A stretch of 62,943 bases of DNA, the filler included, from Porpidia crustulata (taxonomy: Eukaryota): assembly GCA_964255105.1 (NCBI GenBank). It is 9 parts of 9 records of this genome, joined end to end, with 100 filler letters (N's around TTAATTAATTAA, not from the genome) between each part and the next. Parts side by side here need not be neighbours in the genome. Positions count along the whole stretch, not along the records: positions 56,061 to 62,943 come from CAXUWE010001435.1; 8 more parts are not named here. One strand, 5' to 3'. Positions within the stretch are counted from its first letter, which is position 1; every line of letters begins with the position of its first letter. Below the pieces are notes generated by a model. The model was not told the DNA's origin. It saw nothing but the letters and a program-made list of their open reading frames with translations, and did no database searches. This document shows positions 57,718 through 62,943 of this stretch, one piece after another. Made by a program: the position numbers and the translations under genes.

Positions 57718-59142
57718 GGTCGTCGTTGCTTTGAGGGTATTTGTATGAGAGGGTATAGATAGACGAAGAAAAATACATCTTTGTTATTAAATATATATAT
57801 GAAGAGTAGGAAAGGTTGAAATCTTGACATTGGGATACTAAAATGTTAACACCAAGAACAAACACCGGGTTTATCAGTGTTTTCTTAACCCAGTGTTGAC
57901 GATATACTAAGCCAACCAGCTTGATATTTCGTGACCCATCATAATTAAGTGTGTTGGGATGGCTTATGATGTAGTATACGGCTGGTATAGTCGAACACTT
58001 CTCAACGCTTGGTATGCATGGAGTACCGACTCAAATTTACGATGAGACCGCAGACTAGTCGTTCACTCGAAATTCATCGTGCGTATGTGTCATCCTCCCA
58101 GACCACAAAGATAGGAAATCTAGCTATTCGTTAGCTTTACTAAGCTTCAAGGTGTTTTGCAATCACATGACATTTAACAGGCCACACGTATTCTTGAGAT
58201 GAAAGAGAAGAGGAACATACGGTAGAGTCCAAGCAGCCCAAGTACGGCTGCTGAGATCTTACTATCCCAGCTTATGCCATTCCAGAAAGCTCTTTCTGAA
58301 TACTCTCAGCTGGTAAAATTACAAGTCCGCCATCGTAAGACTTATTCCAATGCAATCGCTACATCACATTGTCGTATGAAGCAGCATCAAGCACTAAAAA
58401 CTTGTATAGAATCTCCAGCTGAATCTTCCAAGCATCAATCTTGTTCCTTCCGTTTTCCTCAATTCAGTTAGATACTTGGAGAGCTTGTAGAAGTCATGAC
58501 AATCACTGGCAGTTATCGAATCTATCGTTGTAGCAGCAATTACCATCAGCGTATGTAAATACGTTGCCAGGTGCCATGGAACAATTCCCGGCTCGTAGAA
58601 GTACGATTTACTTTCACTGCTGAGCATTGAAGACCGAAAAGCCTTTTTGGGTGATTGATCTAGTTCTTCAAACATAATCAATGCTTGCTGTTTCGGAACC
58701 GCGTGATTGTCACTTCGGCCAGTGGCAGTCGCTGGACGCCTGTTAAAAGACAATCGACTCAAAGTTAGCTTATGAGGACAATACAACGGAACAGCAGTGA
58801 GGTATGAGGTATGCCTGGAAGTGGGTTGGATCACCAAATTACTTGGGGCAGGCTACCCACAACCATTTATTGATAAATTTATACAGAATAGGTAGGTGGA
58901 AGGATTGGTGAGTCGGCTTACTAATGTTACACCGAGACTTCTGGACTCAAATGGATCTTTTGGTTCGTAGCGGTCGCTGCGATGCCAACAGAATACGTTG
59001 CTTTATCTATTTTTATTCTAGAGCTATTCAGAATCTCGAGAGCCACAGCTCCTTAATGGCATGACAATCTCTTGCGCTAATTGGCTTTACGACAACACAT
59101 TCCGCTGGCGTAATTCTAAGAGGCCTTGGGATCTATCTATGT

Positions 59143-60256
59143 TCAAGCCCATGGATGGCCTTCGGGTCCCAGCTTGCCGTTAAGAAAAGCTAGCTTGAGA
59201 AGCTTCTTCTCCTTGATCTCATCCTTGTGCATTTCTAGCTCATTGACATCCCCTGATAAGCGGTTAGCACGTCACGATTAATCCCGCCAGGCAGGTTTAC
59301 TTACAGTTGACAGAGACGAACCCGCCGCGAAGAAAGTCCGCCTTTGGTGTACAGAGGTACGTGGTCAAGGCTCCGGTGAGCATGGCCGAATCCTTGGCAA
59401 AAGGCGTGAACGCCGGTAAAACCATACCTCTGCCCTCGTTGGCACGGACAATCCCCGGGTGAACCGAGAAGACCCGGATTTCAGGACACTCCGCTTCGAT
59501 GTGCTCGCCAAGCTTAATGACGGCAAGCTTGCTGATTGAGTAGGAGCTGATACCAGGCATAACGAAGGAAGCTCCGACGGTAACAATATTGATAATTGTG
59601 CCTTTTGTACCGAAGGTCTTGATAAAGTAGTGGGTCATGATGTAAGTTCCTTTGGTATTTATTTCCTATTGATCAAAAAGTCAGCCATTGAATCCGTAGT
59701 CTATATTGATTTGTAGCCTTACCAAATCTTGCCACCAATCTAAGGGCTCAGCTTGACCAATCATGCCGTCCCCTATGATTCCAGCATTATTGACCAGGGC
59801 ATCAGCTTTACCAAATTTTGCCTTGATTGACTCATACATAGTCTTCACGTCTTGCTCAGAGGCGATGTCGGCCTTCTGGACCATCACAGGAAGACCGTGG
59901 GCAATCGAGTCAACGTTCTTGGCCGCGGCATTGAGAGTGTCTAGACTGCGACCGACTAAAACGATACCGGCAGCACCAGCCTTGGCCCAAGCTGTGGCAG
60001 TATCCTATAGTACTCGTTAGTAAAGGTGATGGACAATATACATGTAGTCTAAATAAAATCCGATAATATGCACACGAGGAGAGTTATCACTTCAAGGCAG
60101 ACGTACGTATCCAATACCGCCTCCAGCACCCGTAATGATGACAACTTTGCCCGTAGCCTTGTTGTCGGGGTTCTTAGGATCGATGGCTGGGTAGACATCA
60201 CGAGTCATACTCTTGGTGAGTTGAAAAGGCCTGGTGTAGGCGTCGGCGTCACCCAT
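59143..60256 (-). CDS. Short-chain dehydrogenase/reductase, 4 exons
   Basis: RDVYPAIDP...GKVVIITGAGGGIG / LVNNAG / EINTKGTY...SSYSISK (YxxxK)...SVHPGIV...DFLRGGFVSVN / WDVNEL...GPEGHPWA*. Confidence 0.9.
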
Positions 60257-62103
60257 GATGGCTGAATGAACAAGCTCCGACTTTGTAGCAAACAGAAGCT
60301 GTAGAGAAGTGTTTGGGGGCTATCGACTTTCCTCAATCGTTGGAACAGTCTGTTTTGATGTGGAATGAGTTTCGTAAGAGTACGAGATACGGGGATGGAT
60401 TTATAGCAAGACAGTAGATCCATCCCCCTCTGAACCACCTACTCGGTCTTCCACCCCGCCTCGGAATAATGTTACAAATATCTCTGGCCTGTTCGGCGGT
60501 TTCGCAAGAGCGAGCGGTAACCTCGTTAAGCGGTGGGCAATAGCCGAGCGTAAAATATGTACCTTGCATGAAGGAATCCGCTAGTGATATAACACTACTT
60601 TGCGAGCAGCGCGCAGAATAACATATGAATGGCTAAGTTCAGATCATATCGATGGAATACAGAGTCCGCTAGATATTATAGTGAAATAGGAAGACATCGC
60701 ATTCGAAGCATGTAGCTTGTAATGATTCCAACGCCTTGACTTGAATGTAGAGGACAAGACTTTCAAGAGATCTTTCTAGTACTATTCACATCCTAGAGCG
60801 CACCATTTAGCAAAGCATCAGACTTCAGCGGGATGAAAGTGTCGACCCGAAAACGTTTTATTCGCCACTCAAAGCCCTTTGGACTATTTTTGGAAATCTC
60901 ATAGAAGAATTGAGATCTGACGAGCAAATCCCAAGCAAGGAAAATATTAGGGACACTCTCATGAGTGAAGAAAAAACAGAAGCTGGCCCGAAAGTGTCGA
61001 TGGGGTCTTGCTTCACTGGAAAACCAATGGAACGCCCGTTTAAATCTGAAGAGGCCTGTTGAGACACAGCAAAGTTCAGAAGTAATGTCGTAAGTCCATC
61101 ACCAGCAGGAGATGGAACATATTCTGACTTAAATCCTTCCCTTGGCACCAGTAATAGCACGCGTGACAGCAGCGTACTTATGAAATAGAAGAACAAACGT
61201 GGCGAATCGTTTTGAGATCTGCCCTGTCTGTGGAGCGAGCCATTAACTTCCAGGATCCGCTACTGTAGTTCACTGGCATTTATTCGCGGCCGTTGGTAGA
61301 TGTAAATCCTATGGCTTGTGCTGTTTCTAGTCGTGGGACCTAGACTGATCAGATTTCTCAACGAAGGCCCGCACATCAACCGCAGATACGATATACTGAG
61401 GCCAGCGACAGATATCGAAGGGCTGCCACAACGAAAGACTTTCTTTCCACTTGAAGCTGTCGATATTGTGTGAGGTTTTTGACTGAAGCTGGTTGGTAGG
61501 TGCTCACTTTGTCAAGTAGCAGAAAAGATATGTTCGTGCACTACCGGTGACGAGGGCTACTCATATAATCTGAGATCTTGAGCAGCATCGTAAGATCTCT
61601 TACGGTGAACGATGATCAGCATATGCTGCTGCAACACTTGAACGGAAACAACAACGATAACATCAATGACCTCATCGCGACAACCGCTTCAATGCGCTGC
61701 GGACCTTCAACTTTAGGACTCGGGACTTTGCACGCCCTTGAGGATGATCTTACAATACCGGTTAGGACAACTTCCGGGAATTTGCGGCCGTCATGCTAGA
61801 GTAAGCTGAAACGTTGGATCAGCCAATCACAGACATCCACAGATCCTATTTTGGGCCCGCTATCTTATCGGCTGTCAACAGTAGCTCAATCTGGCCAAGC
61901 GTGGATGGACTACTTTACTCAGGGCTGTTCACTATGGCGTCTTGCCATATTAAGTCTTGCTGACTGCCTGCTCCTCCTCCTACACATCTCATCCGTCTAC
62001 GTACATAGTAGTATTTGTTGCCCATCTACAGACCGTTTGGTGTTTAAACTCTCTGTTGCCATCTCCTCCCTTCTTCTTCATCTTCCCCATTGTCTCGCCC
62101 ATT

Positions 62104-62943
62104 ATGTCGAAACGAACCACTTACACGACAATCACTGCGCTGCCCGAAGGCATAACGCGCGCCACGGTCCTCGAAACCCTCCACAATCACACGGAAATGA
62201 TCGATCTCAATCCTCTTGTTGAAGAGCGCCATCCGTGCAAGGCTCCGCCAAGCGCCGATGCCGAAGAGTTTCATTGCCAGTGGTATTCAATGACCGACAA
62301 AATAAACTATCTACCTGGTGGTCTGGCTTCCGGAAAGGTCACCTACTACTGCTGCTTCAATGACCTTTCGATCGGCGTGCAGACGCACTGCTATGCGCCT
62401 TTAGGCGTCAATATCAGAGGGAAATGGTCACTTGGTGGTTCACTACCTGGGGAGCCAAAGGAGGCTGTGGAGCTCGGCCTGGGCGTTCCGAAAAACGGAC
62501 TATGGATCAGAGAAGACGTCGACTTGCGCTGCAACTATTTCCTGACCAAGTTCGTCAAAAAGAACCTCACAAATGCGCACGCAACGCTCGTCGACCGCAT
62601 GATCGAAAAAGCCCATCTAGCCGAGCGAAACATCTACAACTCCCGCCTCTCCATCACCAAATCCGGTTTCCCGCCTGGTAGCTCCACCACGGGCTCCGAA
62701 TACCAAGAATCGTACGCCGACTCCCGCAGCTCCAAAAGATTGAGCATGAGCACCATCGGAAGCCCCGGACTCCCCTACCAGCACCTGGACACCCAACCCA
62801 TGGAGCCCGCCGCGCCTCCATACCCATACCACGGCGTCGACCCCGCATACAGCGAAGCCAACCCATACGACCGTATCCACCCCAGCGACCGCCCAATCTC
62901 CTACGACCGTACCCCCTCCCACGACCATCCCTCTTCTTACAAC
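62104..62943 (+). CDS. DUF7053-like conserved fungal protein; runs off the window end
   Basis: Open frame from the ATG at 62104, absent from the ORF track because it has no stop: MSKRTTYTTITALPEGITRATVLETLHNHTEMIDLNPLV...WYSMTDKINYLPG...GVQTHCYAPLG...KWSLGGSLPGEP...GLWIREDVDLRC...FVKKNL. Confidence 0.8.
   Translation, partial: MSKRTTYTTITALPEGITRATVLETLHNHTEMIDLNPLVEERHPCKAPPSADAEEFHCQWYSMTDKINYLPGGLASGKVTYYCCFNDLSIGVQTHCYAPLGVNIRGKWSLGGSLPGEPKEAVELGLGVPKNGLWIREDVDLRCNYFLTKFVKKNLTNAHATLVDRMIEKAHLAERNIYNSRLSITKSGFPPGSSTTGSEYQESYADSRSSKRLSMSTIGSPGLPYQHLDTQPMEPAAPPYPYHGVDPAYSEANPYDRIHPSDRPISYDRTPSHDHPSSYN

Noticed and set aside
58220..58270. TPP riboswitch suggested by a hairpin followed by CTGAGA
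   Set aside because: The downstream P4/P5 consensus (TGAT...GGATAAT...AGCG) is absent and there is no thiamine gene nearby.

Overview
Eukaryotic DNA from a filamentous ascomycete (Pezizomycotina), judged from short GT-AG introns with CTRAY branch sites and from fungal gene families. The window is not contiguous. It is nine unrelated contigs (6922, 6918, 6914, 6907, 6906, 6904, 6900, 6889 and 6883 bp, strictly decreasing) joined by artificial 100-bp spacers (N44-TTAATTAATTAA-N44), so adjacency across spacers is meaningless. Housekeeping genes: SIL1, complex I 17.8-kDa subunit, a GPI-anchored Ser/Thr-rich protein, a DUF4211-like protein, TUL1/DscA E3 ligase, a TCO89-like protein, MET10, a PMU1-like phosphatase, C1-THF synthase and partial eIF3i/TIF34. 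Accessory genes: transporters, a PhyH dioxygenase, a GFA protein, an AAA ATPase, a PhoD phosphatase, a PTH11-like receptor, an SDR and others. I see no convincing novel multi-gene system. The best leads are: (1) contig 3, with a 5'-truncated, transition-mutated Dicer-like-2 fragment, an 11-bp repeat array and a 126-bp TA-flanked MITE carrying telomere-like repeats just upstream of a sugar transporter that lacks an in-frame start; (2) a three-exon secreted protein with a Kex2 site, 10 Cys and 7 Trp; (3) a spliced gene end encoding a chromodomain-like module. Family assignments come from recognised motifs, not database searches.
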